Assembly (NCBI GenBank): GCA_964291285.2
Contig: OZ219785.1
Span: 576,001 to 640,000 of the forward strand
Origin: Alphaproteobacteria bacterium
GTDB taxonomy: Bacteria > Pseudomonadota > Alphaproteobacteria > Bin95
Reading direction: 5' to 3'
Length of the DNA: 64,000 nucleotides
The notes beneath the pieces were generated by a model that was given only the letters and a program-made list of their open reading frames with translations, made no database searches and had not been told where the DNA came from. Shown here piece after piece: positions 30,439 through 41,993 of this stretch (within the stretch, counting starts at the first letter, position 1; each line of letters starts with the position of its first letter). Made by a program: the position numbers and the translations under genes.

Positions 30439-31146
30439 ATGCGCGCCCTCGACGACATGCGGCAGGCCTTCCAGTTCCTGACCGTGCTGCCCGTCGGCCG
30501 GCCCGATCCCGGGCCGCTCGGCGGGACGGCCTGGTGCTTCCCGCTGGCGGGGCTGGCCGTTGGCGGCTGCGTTGCGCTTGCCTTCCTGGCGGCGCGGGAG
30601 GCCGGCCTGCCAGCGGAATTGGCGGGGTTCCTCGCCGTCGGTGCCGGCATCGCGGTCACCGGCGGGCTGCATGAGGACGGCCTGGCCGACACGGCGGACG
30701 GCCTCGGCGTCCGGGACCGGCGGCGGGCGCTGGAAGCCATGCGCGATTCCCGCACCGGCGCCTTCGGCGTGCTGGCGTTGGCGCTGACCGTGCCGATGCG
30801 GGCGCTGGCGCTGGCTGCCGCAGGGCCCGTCGCGGCCCTTGCCGCGCATGCGCTCTCGCGCGGGGCGATGGCGGGGGCGATGGCCTGGACGCCGCCGGCG
30901 CGCCCGGACGGCCTGGCGGCCGGCGCCGGGCCGACCTCCGCCACCGCCGCGCTTATGCTCGCGGCCGGCATCGGCATCGTGCTCGGCTGGCCGGCGGTTC
31001 CGGCGGCGGCGCTCGCGGCCCTCGCCGCGGCATGGTGGACGGCCCGGCGATTCGGCGGCCATACGGGCGACACGCTCGGCGCCGTCCAGCAGGCGGTGGA
31101 ACTGGCGGTCCTGCTGGCGTTGGCGGGCCGTATGGGAGCCGGCTGA
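30439..31146 (+). CDS. cobS: Adenosylcobinamide-GDP ribazoletransferase
   Basis: FLTVLP, TGGLHEDGLADTADG, MRDSR.GAFG, GG.TGD.LGA. Confidence 0.93.
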   Translation: MRALDDMRQAFQFLTVLPVGRPDPGPLGGTAWCFPLAGLAVGGCVALAFLAAREAGLPAELAGFLAVGAGIAVTGGLHEDGLADTADGLGVRDRRRALEAMRDSRTGAFGVLALALTVPMRALALAAAGPVAALAAHALSRGAMAGAMAWTPPARPDGLAAGAGPTSATAALMLAAGIGIVLGWPAVPAAALAALAAAWWTARRFGGHTGDTLGAVQQAVELAVLLALAGRMGAG

Positions 31147-31154
31147 AACGCGGA

Positions 31155-31170
31155 TGTTTCACGTGAAACA
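31155..31170. promoter_or_regulatory. parS centromere site 1
   Basis: Perfect TGTTTCACGTGAAACA upstream of mnmG. Confidence 0.93.
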
Positions 31171-31230
31171 CAGCGCCGGAAAGGCGCGCCGGACTTGTCT
31201 CCGGCGGCGCATGGGCCTATTGGACCGCCC

Positions 31231-33046
<1,816 letters not shown>

Positions 33047-33069
<23 letters not shown>

Positions 33070-33661
33070 GGACTTCGCGCGCATGACCGGTGTTTCACGT
33101 GAAACATTGGCCCGACTCGCCCGGCACCTGAAATTGCTGGCCCGCTGGCAGAAGCGCATCAATCTGGTCGGAGCGGCGACCCTCGCGGACCCCTGGCGCC
33201 GGCATGTTCTGGACAGCGCCCAGCTCGCGCCGCTCGTTCCTGCCGGCGCGCGGCTGGCGGACCTCGGCTCCGGCGCGGGCTTTCCCGGCCTGGTGCTCGC
33301 CATCATGCGCGGCGGGCCGGTCGATCTCATCGAGAGCGATGCACGCAAGGCCGCCTTTCTCACCGAGGCGGTGCGCGCGACGGGGGCCCCGGCCGCGGTG
33401 CACAACGCGCGCGCCGAGGCCCTCGCCTTCAAGGCCGATGTCGTCGCCGCGCGGGCCTGCGCGCCGCTCGACCGGCTGCTCGGCCTCGCGCTGCCGCTTC
33501 TGGCCCCGGGCGGCGTCTGCCTGTTCCTCAAGGGCGCGCGCGCCGAGGAGGAGATCGAGGCCGCCCGCGCCCGCTGGCGGATCACGGTGCGCCGCCGCCC
33601 GAGCCTGAGTGCGCCCGAGGGCGTGGTCCTCGAACTCGGAGATGTCTCCCATGCCGCCTGA
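33047..33661 (+). CDS. rsmG: 16S rRNA m7G527 methyltransferase RsmG/GidB
   Basis: [28 protein letters not shown]. Confidence 0.95.
33091..33106. promoter_or_regulatory. parS centromere site 2 (inside rsmG, encodes VSRET)
   Basis: Perfect TGTTTCACGTGAAACA. Confidence 0.92.
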
Positions 33662-34442
33662 CGGCGCGCGCATCCACGCTGTCGTCAACCAGAAGGGCGG
33701 CGTCGCCAAGACGACCACCGCCGTCAATCTGGCGACGGCGCTCGCCGCCACCGGCCGCCGGGCGCTCGTGGTCGATCTCGATCCCCAGGGCAATGCCAGC
33801 ACGGGCCTCGGCATCGCTTCGGACCGGCGGCGGCTCGGCGCGTGGGATCTCATGCTGGCGGGCGCCCGCCTCGACGATGCCGCATTGGCGACAGGGCTCG
33901 CCGGTTTCGACATCGTGCCCTCCACGGAGCGGTTGTTCGGGGCGGAAATCGAACTGGCGGATACACCCCGGCGGGAGACGAGGCTGCGCGACGCGCTCGG
34001 GGGCGCGAACGGGCGCTACGACTATGTGCTGATCGACTGCCCGCCCTCGCTCGGTCTGCTCACCGTCAACGCGCTTGCCGCCGCCCGGCGGGTGCTGGTG
34101 CCGCTCCAGACCGAGTTCCTGGCGCTCGAAGGCCTCGTCCTGCTCAGGCAGACCGTCGAGGCGGTGCGCGCCGCGCTCAATCCCGGCCTTTCCTATGCGG
34201 GCATCCTGCTCACCATGTCCGACCGCCGCAACCGCCTCTCCGCCGAGGTCGAGGCCGATGTGCGCGGCCATGCCGAATTCGGCCGCCTGGTTTACGATAC
34301 CGTCATCCCGCGCAATGTGCGCGTGTCGGAGGCGCCCTCGCACGGCAAGCCGGTCATCGTTTACGATATGAGGGCCAGCGGCTCGCAGGCTTATATCCGC
34401 TTTGCAGGCGAGTTCCTGCGCCGGGAGGAGGGCGCGCCATGA
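33651..34442 (+). CDS. parA: Chromosome partitioning ATPase ParA
   Basis: NQKGGVAKTTT, DLDPQGNAS, IDCPPSLG, IPRNVRVSEAPS. Confidence 0.95.
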   Translation: MPPDGARIHAVVNQKGGVAKTTTAVNLATALAATGRRALVVDLDPQGNASTGLGIASDRRRLGAWDLMLAGARLDDAALATGLAGFDIVPSTERLFGAEIELADTPRRETRLRDALGGANGRYDYVLIDCPPSLGLLTVNALAAARRVLVPLQTEFLALEGLVLLRQTVEAVRAALNPGLSYAGILLTMSDRRNRLSAEVEADVRGHAEFGRLVYDTVIPRNVRVSEAPSHGKPVIVYDMRASGSQAYIRFAGEFLRREEGAP

Positions 34443-35290
34443 GCAGCGACAGACCGGCCCGTCTCGGCGGCGGCCTTTCGACGCTGATCCCGGACATTCC
34501 GGTTCCGGAGCGGGACCCGGCGTCCGGCGTCCGCATGGTTGCGAAGGACCAGCTGGAGCCCGGGCGCTTCCAGCCCCGGCGGCGCTTCGGCGAGGAGGCG
34601 CTCAACGCGCTGGCGGTGTCGATCCGCGAGCACGGCATCCTCCAGCCGATCCTGGCGCGGCCCATGGCGGACATGCCCGGCCGTTACGAGATCGTTGCCG
34701 GCGAGCGGCGCTGGCTGGCCGCGAGGCGGGCCGGGCTCGCGGAAGTCCCGGTGACGGTGCGCGAGTTGGACGACCGGACCGCGATGGAGGCCGCGCTCGC
34801 AGAGAACGTCCAACGCAGGAACCTCTCGCCGATCGAGGAGGCCGAAGGCTACCAGCGCCTGCTGGAGGAGTTCGGCTGCACCCAGGAGCGGCTTTCGACC
34901 GTGGTGGGGCGCAGCCGGGCGCATATCGCCAACACGCTCCGGCTGCTTATGCTGCCGGACCCCGTGCGCTATCTGGTCGATGACGGGACGCTGTCCGCCG
35001 GCCATGCCCGCGCCCTGCTCGCGGCCCCGGATCCGGCCTCGCTGGCGGACCGGGTGATCGCCCAGGGCATGAGCGTGCGCAGCGTCGAGCGCCTGGTCAG
35101 GGAGCAGCACGGCGCCCGCCGGAAAGCGGCGGCCGGGAAGGACGAGGACGCGCTGGCGCTCGAACTGGAACTGGGCGAACGGCTCGGCCTCACGGTGTCG
35201 CTGGCGCAACGGGGCGGGGGCGGCAGCCTCACCCTGCATTACCGCAGCCTGGAGCAGCTCGACGACCTGCTGGAGCGCCTGCGAAGCTAG
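34439..35290 (+). CDS. parB: Chromosome partitioning protein ParB
   Basis: QPRR.F, GILQPI, IVAGERRW.AA, ENVQR.NL.PIEEA, GRSRAHIANTLRLL. Confidence 0.95.
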   Translation: MSSDRPARLGGGLSTLIPDIPVPERDPASGVRMVAKDQLEPGRFQPRRRFGEEALNALAVSIREHGILQPILARPMADMPGRYEIVAGERRWLAARRAGLAEVPVTVRELDDRTAMEAALAENVQRRNLSPIEEAEGYQRLLEEFGCTQERLSTVVGRSRAHIANTLRLLMLPDPVRYLVDDGTLSAGHARALLAAPDPASLADRVIAQGMSVRSVERLVREQHGARRKAAAGKDEDALALELELGERLGLTVSLAQRGGGGSLTLHYRSLEQLDDLLERLRS

Positions 35291-35843
35291 CCATCTGGAA
35301 CTGAAGTAGGGTTTCACTTTATATATTCTCTGGACGGCGTTCGGATTGCAGCCGCATCGGGAACAGGCGTTCAAGCTCTCCGGCGGCCCGTTGTTCGTGG
35401 ACAAGGTCCGCGGCATCGTCGGGCTCTACCTCTCGCCGCCGGACCGCGCGCTGGTGCTTTGTGTCGATGAGAAGAGCCGGATCCAGGCGCTCGACCGCAC
35501 GCAGCCTGTCCTGCCGATGCTGCCGGGCACACCCGAGCGACGCACACACGACTACAAGTGCCATGGCACCACCTCGCTGTTTGCCGCCCTCGATGTCGCC
35601 ACCGGCTTCGTCATCGGCAAATGCTACCGGCGCCACCGGGCCAGGGAGTTCCTCGACTTCCTGAAGCGAATCGACCGCCGCGTTCCCGCACGCCTCGACG
35701 TCCACATCGTCATGGACAACTACGCAACCCACAAGACCGCGGCGGTCAGGGCCTGGCTGGCGCGAGGCCCCACTGGCATGTCCACTTCACGCCGACCTCC
35801 GCCTCCTGGATCAATCGGGTCGAGCGATGGTTCGCCGAACTGA
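35291..35843 (+). mobile_element. IS630-family remnant (internal transposase fragment, frameshifted and truncated)
   Basis: FKLS.....DKV..IVGLY..PP..ALVLCVDEK..IQALDR, HIVMDNYATHK, then HFTPTSASWIN.VERWF in another frame. Confidence 0.85.
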
Positions 35844-35966
35844 TGCCGGCGGTCTCCATGTGGGACTCATGTGTTCTTCCGTCATGCCCGGAACAAGTCC
35901 GGGCATGACGGAAGAGGGCAACCGGGCGCCGGTTCCGTCATGGATTTCAGTCAATGACCGTTGGTA
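35844..35966. mobile_element. MITE copy (123 bp) containing an internal GTCATGCCCGG hairpin
   Basis: Ends tgccggcggtc / gaccgttggta; hairpin at 35876-35914; 63 of 67 positions identical to 39526-39592 (inverted) outside a 56-bp insert. Confidence 0.8.
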
Positions 35967-36010
35967 TCAGTTCGCACTTTTGAGGTCATGCATGGTACGG
36001 TTCGGATGTG

Positions 36011-37330
36011 TCAGGTCCTCATCAGGCTTGGCAGCCAGGCAATGATCCCGGGGAAGATCATGCAAAGAGTGAGACCCAGTATCATGAGAAGGACAAACGG
36101 TGTCGTCGATTTGTAGATATCCATCATGGTCACGCCTGGTGGCACAACCGCCTTCATGTAGAACAGATTGAATCCGAAAGGTGGCGTCAGAAAGGCCAAC
36201 TCCATGTTAATCACGAACAGTATCGCAAACCAAAGTGGATCGAAGCCCAGAGAGGTAACGATCGGGAAAAAGAGGGGGGCGGTCAGCAAAACGATGCCCG
36301 CCGGATCGAAGAACATTCCCAACACGAGCAGGATGATCTGCATGGTAATGATCACCATCCATGGATCACCGATACCCGTGATCAAGTCACCTACGAGCGT
36401 AGAGGCACCGGTTACGGCGTAGAGCGCTGTGAACGCCGAGGCGGCGAATACAATCCAGATTACCATCGCGCTCAATCGCAGCGTGATGAATAGCGCCGAG
36501 GTGAAGTTTTCCCAGTTGAACGACCGCTTGATCACCGCACTGACAATCGCGCCGAGGGCGCCGATTGCCGAAGCTTCGCTGGGCGTAGCGAAGCCAAAGA
36601 ACATGGACCCCATCACCGCAAAAACCAGGCTGACGGGAAGCAACAACGCCCGCAGTAGTTTCAAACGCTCAGCCGCCGGAAGTCGATCATCCGGCGGCAC
36701 GCTCGGTCCCATGTCCTTCTGGATGTAACAGCGGATCAGGATATACCCGACAAACAATGAGCTGAGCAGCAACCCGGGAACAATGCCGGCAATGAACATC
36801 TGGCCGACCGACTGTCTCGAGGTCAGAGCGAGGATGATCATCAGCACGCTCGGTGGAATGAGGATTCCAAGTGAACCGCCTGCCGATATGCAACCGAGCG
36901 CTATGTCTTTCTTGTAGCCGCGCCTGAGCATTGAGGGCAGTGCAATCAGGCCCATCGACGTAGTGGCGGCACCGCTGATGCCGACCATCGCTGCAAACAG
37001 CGTGCAGATGAGTACTGTCCCGGCCGCAAGCCCACCGCGGAGCCCGCCCATCCAGTGGTACATCAATTCGTACATTTCTTCGGCGATGCCACATCGCTGC
37101 AGCAAGGCACCCATGAATATGAACATGGGCACGGCCACGAGCAGGAACAGGTCCATGGCCATGTATGTTCGATTTGCGAGGATCGGCAACGCGTGCGGTC
37201 CCCACAAGAAGATGATGAAGAAAGTTGCGACGCCGCCAATCGCGAACACCAGCGGCAGCCCCGAAAGCAGAAGCACAACGAGACTGCCAAACAGGATAAC
37301 TGTTAGCCACTCCGGGCCAAGGCCAAACAT
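36011..37330 (-). CDS. dctM: TRAP transporter large permease
   Basis: LVAVPMFIFMG, GSLGILIPPS, LTPPFGFNLF. Confidence 0.93.
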   Translation of the reverse strand: MFGLGPEWLTVILFGSLVVLLLSGLPLVFAIGGVATFFIIFLWGPHALPILANRTYMAMDLFLLVAVPMFIFMGALLQRCGIAEEMYELMYHWMGGLRGGLAAGTVLICTLFAAMVGISGAATTSMGLIALPSMLRRGYKKDIALGCISAGGSLGILIPPSVLMIILALTSRQSVGQMFIAGIVPGLLLSSLFVGYILIRCYIQKDMGPSVPPDDRLPAAERLKLLRALLLPVSLVFAVMGSMFFGFATPSEASAIGALGAIVSAVIKRSFNWENFTSALFITLRLSAMVIWIVFAASAFTALYAVTGASTLVGDLITGIGDPWMVIITMQIILLVLGMFFDPAGIVLLTAPLFFPIVTSLGFDPLWFAILFVINMELAFLTPPFGFNLFYMKAVVPPGVTMMDIYKSTTPFVLLMILGLTLCMIFPGIIAWLPSLMRT

Positions 37331-37407
37331 GAGCTAACTCCTGCGGGGCTGTCGTCGAGACACAACGGTCGACACGTCAGTGGACATACGGAGCGAGACG
37401 GCGGGGG

Positions 37408-37941
37408 TCAGGGAACCTGCATGCGTACCGGAAAGATATCTTCGCCCTTGATGACGATCATCACGTCGCGGATCAGCTTGGCAAGAACCTGCATCAGGAA
37501 CAGCAAGCATCCCACCGGCAGCGTTGTGCGCAACGGATAATAGATGGGTTTCCAATGTGTCATCGTGGTCTCTCCAAGCCGCCAGGAATTGATGGTGATC
37601 TCCAGCGATACCCAAAACAGCACGCCCAGAAAGAGGAACGTGAAGCCGCTGGTGACGATATCGAGCATCGCACGCCCCCGAGGCGAGAGCTGACCCCAGA
37701 AGATGTCCACATTGACATGGCCGCCGGTCATGTGCGTGTAGGCCCCGCCAAGCACAATGTAGCCGCCGTACAGGAAAAGCGATATTTCATAAGCCCAAAG
37801 CGACGGCGCATTGAAGAAGTACCGCATCACGATTTCCCAGACCATGATGCAGAGCATCGGGACGATCGTGAACGCGACGACCCAGGCAAACCTCGCGTTA
37901 AGCCAGTCCGTAAAATGCAGATAGTACTGGATTGCTTTCAC
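37408..37941 (-). CDS. dctQ: TRAP transporter small permease
   Basis: 4 TM segments; RYFFNAP..WA.E and GGAYT...GGHVNVD. Confidence 0.9.
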   Translation of the reverse strand: MKAIQYYLHFTDWLNARFAWVVAFTIVPMLCIMVWEIVMRYFFNAPSLWAYEISLFLYGGYIVLGGAYTHMTGGHVNVDIFWGQLSPRGRAMLDIVTSGFTFLFLGVLFWVSLEITINSWRLGETTMTHWKPIYYPLRTTLPVGCLLFLMQVLAKLIRDVMIVIKGEDIFPVRMQVP

Positions 37942-38215
37942 CGTCCGTTCCTATCCAGACCGGTCGCGCCAGCGAGGCACTCGGGCCACTGGCAGCCATA
38001 GTGATACCGTCAGCGCGACTTACGCCTCTTTGGCAGCGCCCGAAGCGCGCTGCCATGAATTACCCCGGCCTCGGCCGGCCCCCGAGGTCGGTGCATGCAA
38101 GGATCAAGGATGCACCGACCTTGGGAGCCTCGGGTACGACGCGTCACGGCTGGCGCATCCTGCCCTGCCCGCCGCAAGTCGCGGGGCGTTTCACGCTGGA
38201 ACCGCCAGGCAGGCC
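37942..38215 (-). other. Highly structured dctP-dctQ intergenic region
   Basis: Stems gcgactt/aagtcgc, tggcagcgc/gcgctgcca and aggtcggtgcat/atgcaccgacct. Confidence 0.5.
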
Positions 38216-39379
38216 CTAGACAGGAAGCTGCTTCGGACCGTAGTAGTTCTTGTACAGTTCCCGAGCCGCGCTGTAGATGTCGATCATCTTGTCGATGTGG
38301 GGCATCGTACCCCGTTTGCTGATGAACTTGTCCCAGCACCAGTCGGCTGCTTCCCTCAATTCCTCGTCCGGCATGAGGATCGTTTCCACGCCGCCGTCCG
38401 CCAGTTCCTTGCGGCCGTTGGCATCCGTCGGGATGGTGAGGGCAGTGATATCGAGGTTATAGACGCGGGCAGCTGACAGTAACACTTCCTGCAAGTCCGC
38501 CGGCATCTCGTTGTAGGTCTTCAAGTTCATGATGATCTCGGTGATGTCGTACGGTGCCACCGAGGGATTGATGTAATACTTGCAGACCTCGTGCATCTTC
38601 ATACCGGCCCAGGCATCCGGCGCGCCGAACGCGGCGGCGTCGAGGATCTTGGTCTGGATGGCAGTGTAGATCTCACCGCCCGGTAACACGACGATGGACG
38701 CGCCGTTCTTGACGAGCCATTCGGCCCAGATGCCGAACGCGCGCACCTTCATGCCTTGGAAGTCGGCGTAGCTCTCGACCGGCCGCGTCGACATCATGGC
38801 GCCCCATTCGTCGGAGCAAGTGTAGGACAGGTGCATCACGTTGTGCGGCGCATAAGCCTCGCGCCAGAGCTCCTTGAGCCCCATGAACTGGTACATGGTC
38901 TCATAGAACTCAACGTTCGTGACCGGAAAAAACGGCACGGACCAGAGATACTCACCGACCGGCACGGTGCCGCGGTGGTAGATCGAGGCCGTGACGGCCA
39001 GGTCGGCCACGCCGGTGCCGACACCGTTGAAGGTTTCGCCGATGCCGAGCAGCACTTCGGCATCGAAGTTCGTCACCTCAATGCGGCCGCCGGACAATTT
39101 GTTGATGCGATCGACGAACCGACCCACGGCGCGGTCCTGCGACTCGATGCCGATACCCGTCCAGTTGCTCTGCAGCTTCAGTTTCCACGTCTTGTTCTCT
39201 GCCCTGGCGATCGCGGGCATGGCGAGCGCCGCCGCACCGGCGCCTGCGACGCCCATCGCCGTGGTCTTCAGATAGTCGCGCCGGCTCATTGCCTTCTTTG
39301 GGCCGACCGCTTCGCCAGTGGATGGCGTACTCCTGGCGTCCCCAGGCGCAGCCGGGAACTTGATCTGCTTGTCAGCCAT
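38216..39379 (-). CDS. dctP: TRAP substrate-binding protein with Tat signal (TakP-like)
   Basis: SRRDYLK twin-arginine motif, AMPAIARA, SGGRIEV, D.QGMKVR, LPGGEIY.A. Confidence 0.9.
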   Translation of the reverse strand: MADKQIKFPAAPGDARSTPSTGEAVGPKKAMSRRDYLKTTAMGVAGAGAAALAMPAIARAENKTWKLKLQSNWTGIGIESQDRAVGRFVDRINKLSGGRIEVTNFDAEVLLGIGETFNGVGTGVADLAVTASIYHRGTVPVGEYLWSVPFFPVTNVEFYETMYQFMGLKELWREAYAPHNVMHLSYTCSDEWGAMMSTRPVESYADFQGMKVRAFGIWAEWLVKNGASIVVLPGGEIYTAIQTKILDAAAFGAPDAWAGMKMHEVCKYYINPSVAPYDITEIIMNLKTYNEMPADLQEVLLSAARVYNLDITALTIPTDANGRKELADGGVETILMPDEELREAADWCWDKFISKRGTMPHIDKMIDIYSAARELYKNYYGPKQLPV

Positions 39380-39525
39380 TGCATTTCCTCCAAAAGTCTG
39401 GTTTTCCAAGCGCTTCTAGCGCCGCATTCCCAATGGTTTGCCGGTATCTGCCGGTTTGCCGTTGAGCACCGCCGTGATCGTGCATGATATTTTACAAGGG
39501 TGCAAGGCTCGTATGGCGGGTGTCG

Positions 39526-39592
39526 TACCAACGGTCATTGACTGAAACTCATGACGGAAGAAGACATGAGTCCCACATGGAGACCGCCGGTA
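39526..39592. mobile_element. MITE copy (67 bp), inverted relative to 35844-35966
   Basis: taccaacggtc...gaccgccggta followed by TAA. Confidence 0.8.
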
Positions 39593-39602
39593 TAACCAAT
39601 CG

Positions 39603-39642
39603 ATTGAACTTCCGGTACTACAATTGAACTTCCGGTACTACA
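39603..39642 (+). repeat. Exact 20-bp tandem duplication (attgaacttccggtactaca x2)
   Basis: Read directly from the sequence; overlaps the putative IS701 end. Confidence 0.9.
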
Positions 39643-39870
39643 GTTGTGTGTTTTGTCGATATTTATAGTGGGAGACGGCGACAGAGGCTTGATGCATTCG
39701 TCGCCGGAGGGACCACTGGATGATGTCGGGCGGCCTGTTCGGTGTCTTGAAGACGAGGCGGGCGAGCAGGGTTCGGATTTCGGGAACCGGGGGAACGAGA
39801 GCGGCGAGCAGCATCAAGCGGCGGTTGGCGTTGCGGGACCCGTTTCGTTCCGCTTGCCGGCTGCAGCGGC
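39635..39870 (-). mobile_element. IS701-family 3'-end remnant
   Basis: Minus strand reads VPEIRTLLARL...IIQWSLRRRMHQA....HY...QL* and ends in caactgtagtac, resembling IS701 transposase C-termini. Confidence 0.6.
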
Positions 39871-40251
39871 GGCCACGCGGTGGAAGGCGTCTCTCCCGTC
39901 GACTCCGCGAGCCGCCAGCGCCTTGCAGATGCGATTCGCGGCGATCAGGTTGCGTTCGGTGAGATGCTGGAGCGTCAGCCGGATGTCCTCGGGGTCTTCG
40001 GCGAAAGTCCGCGTCACTGCCGCCAGGAAATCCTCGACCTCGTCCGGATAGTTGAATTTCGGCTCAAGGCCGTAGGAATCGGCGTGAGGCATTTTCCCGC
40101 CCGGCGTCGCGATCGTCACGTCGACGCCGGCCGCCCCGAGAATCTTCAACGGCTTGTATAGTTCCTCCGCCCAGAAGCCCGTTTCGTGTGGCGTGCCGTC
40201 GGCCAGCGCAATCTCGTCGGCGGTCGAAACGATCATCAGAACCCGCGGCAT
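39814..40251 (-). pseudogene. DJ-1/PfpI (type 1 glutamine amidotransferase-like) protein, 3'-truncated
   Basis: RVLMIVS......LADG..H.TGFWAEEL..P......G.DVTIATPGG; the GGHG and catalytic Cys regions are missing. Confidence 0.75.
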
Positions 40252-40482
40252 TCCCTTCTTCTCGAAATTTCGGTCTCCGAAAAGCGTGCGCAAGCAAAAT
40301 CGAGAGTTGGCGACGAAACGGAGTTTATCGCGTCGATATCGGCAACTCTTGCCCAATTTTGTCTAAGACTTGCCCATTCCTGCAAGGCCGCTTCCGAATT
40401 CCGGCGCCCAGGCCGCCGCACGCTCACGAAAACCCGACCGAGGCCCGCCTGGCTTCGCTCGATGGCTGAACCGGACAGCGAT

Positions 40483-40561
40483 GGAACAAGTCCAGGCATG
40501 ACGGAAGCGCAGTCCGGCGCTCCGGGTCGGACCGACACGAACTTCAGAAGCAGGACACTAG
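40483..40561. repeat. Half copy of the GTCATG hairpin plus an IS630-like terminus
   Basis: ggaacaagtccaggcatgacggaag (40483-40507) matches 35890-35914; aacttcagaagcaggacacTAG resembles IS630 ends. Confidence 0.55.
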
Positions 40562-41145
40562 CCCGCGATTCTTGCGCGGAGCTTGAGCAACAGCCCGTCG
40601 AGGCCGCCGGATTCGAGCACGATCGCGGAGAACTCCTCGCGCTGGGAGATGACCATGCTCACGCCCTCGATCACGAGGTCGGTAATTGCGTAGGCGCCGT
40701 CCTTGCGGTCCACCCGCCAGTCCAGCAGGACCGGCGGGCCCTTGGTGCGGGTCGCCGTCGTGTAAACCATCGACCAGCCCTTGAAGTCGCGGACCCCGTC
40801 CACGTTGATCTGCAGACCCGCCAAGTCTTCGAACCGGTTCGCGTAGAGACCGGACAGGTAGTTTTCCAGCAGCCTCCTGAAATCCGCCCGTTGCGCGGGC
40901 TTGGCCCGGCGCCAGTGCCGCCCCAGCACCAGCTTGCCGATCTTGTCCAGATCGAAATCCCGGCTCAGCACCTCGCGGAAGCGGGCCCGCCGCTTGTCGA
41001 TCGGCGTGGCGGGGTCGGTCAGTTGCGGCAGCACATTGGCCGCGAGCTCCCGAATGAAGTCGCCGGCGCCTTCGTCGGCCGTTGCCGGGCCTGCAAAGGC
41101 AAGGACAAGGAAGGGCATGAAAAGCGCGAGGACCCACGGACGCAT
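40558..41145 (-). CDS. mlaC: Phospholipid-binding protein MlaC/Ttg2D
   Basis: FDL..IG..VLGR.W and I.DLVIEGVSM...QR.EF. Confidence 0.88.
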   Translation of the reverse strand: MRPWVLALFMPFLVLAFAGPATADEGAGDFIRELAANVLPQLTDPATPIDKRRARFREVLSRDFDLDKIGKLVLGRHWRRAKPAQRADFRRLLENYLSGLYANRFEDLAGLQINVDGVRDFKGWSMVYTTATRTKGPPVLLDWRVDRKDGAYAITDLVIEGVSMVISQREEFSAIVLESGGLDGLLLKLRARIAG

Positions 41146-41162
41146 GGCGGAAGCTCCCGATG

Positions 41163-41993
41163 TCACTTGGCCGGCCGGGTCCCGGCGGGCGGCTCGCCGC
41201 GGCTGAAGTCGGGCCGGGGCGGCGGATAGGCGTACTCCTCGTCCTCGTCGTCCTTCCCGCCGCGGAGATACCTCTCCTGGCCGCCATCGACCTCGAAGGC
41301 CCGGCGCTGGCGGTAGAGCGTGCGGATGAAGGCGTAGTAGTCGAGCGCGTTCGCCTTGAAATCGTCGAGCGTATCCAGATTGCGGTACCGGAAATCGATC
41401 GTCGCCATACCCGCCCGGACCAGCGGCATATGGTCGATGTCAGTCCTGCGGAAGGCGATATCGACGGGGTCGGCGATACCCTGGACAATGAGACCGGCTC
41501 CGTCGCGCAGGTTGGAAGGGCCTGCGATCGGCAACACCAGGTAAGGCCCTTCGCCGACGCCCCAGGATGCCAGCGTGCTTCCGAAATCCGTGCTGCGGTG
41601 GGGCAGGCCGTAGTCCTCGGCGACATCGATGAGGCCGGCGAACCCGATCATCGTGTTGAGGATGAAGCGCTGCGCGGTGTCGCCGGAGCGGTCCCATTCG
41701 CCCTGGGCGACATCGTTGATGAATGTGAACGGGAGCGACAGGTGGCGGATCACATTGCGCACGCCGCGCTTTGCCGGAGCGGGCATGACCTTGCCATACA
41801 TGACGGCGACGGGGCGGAAAACGATCGTGTCGAGCATCTCGTTGACGGCGAAGACCATCCGGTTCAGCGGCTCCAGCGGGTCGCTGTAGGAAATATCCAC
41901 CGGTTCCTCGCCGGCGCTCGAAGGCAGCGGCGCGGCGATGGCAAGGAGGAAAACCAGAAGGAAAGCCGGCACGGCACGGGGCAACCGGGCCAC
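41163..41993 (-). CDS. mlaA: VacJ/MlaA family protein (start uncertain)
   Basis: DPLEPLNR..FA.N, RFILNT..G.AGL.DVA, DFG.TL..WGV.EGPYLVLP..GPS.LRD. Confidence 0.92.
   Translation of the reverse strand: MARLPRAVPAFLLVFLLAIAAPLPSSAGEEPVDISYSDPLEPLNRMVFAVNEMLDTIVFRPVAVMYGKVMPAPAKRGVRNVIRHLSLPFTFINDVAQGEWDRSGDTAQRFILNTMIGFAGLIDVAEDYGLPHRSTDFGSTLASWGVGEGPYLVLPIAGPSNLRDGAGLIVQGIADPVDIAFRRTDIDHMPLVRAGMATIDFRYRNLDTLDDFKANALDYYAFIRTLYRQRRAFEVDGGQERYLRGGKDDEDEEYAYPPPRPDFSRGEPPAGTRPAK

Noticed and set aside
39603-39642. Possible CRISPR repeat
   Set aside because: Only two abutting 20-bp copies, with no spacer and no cas genes.
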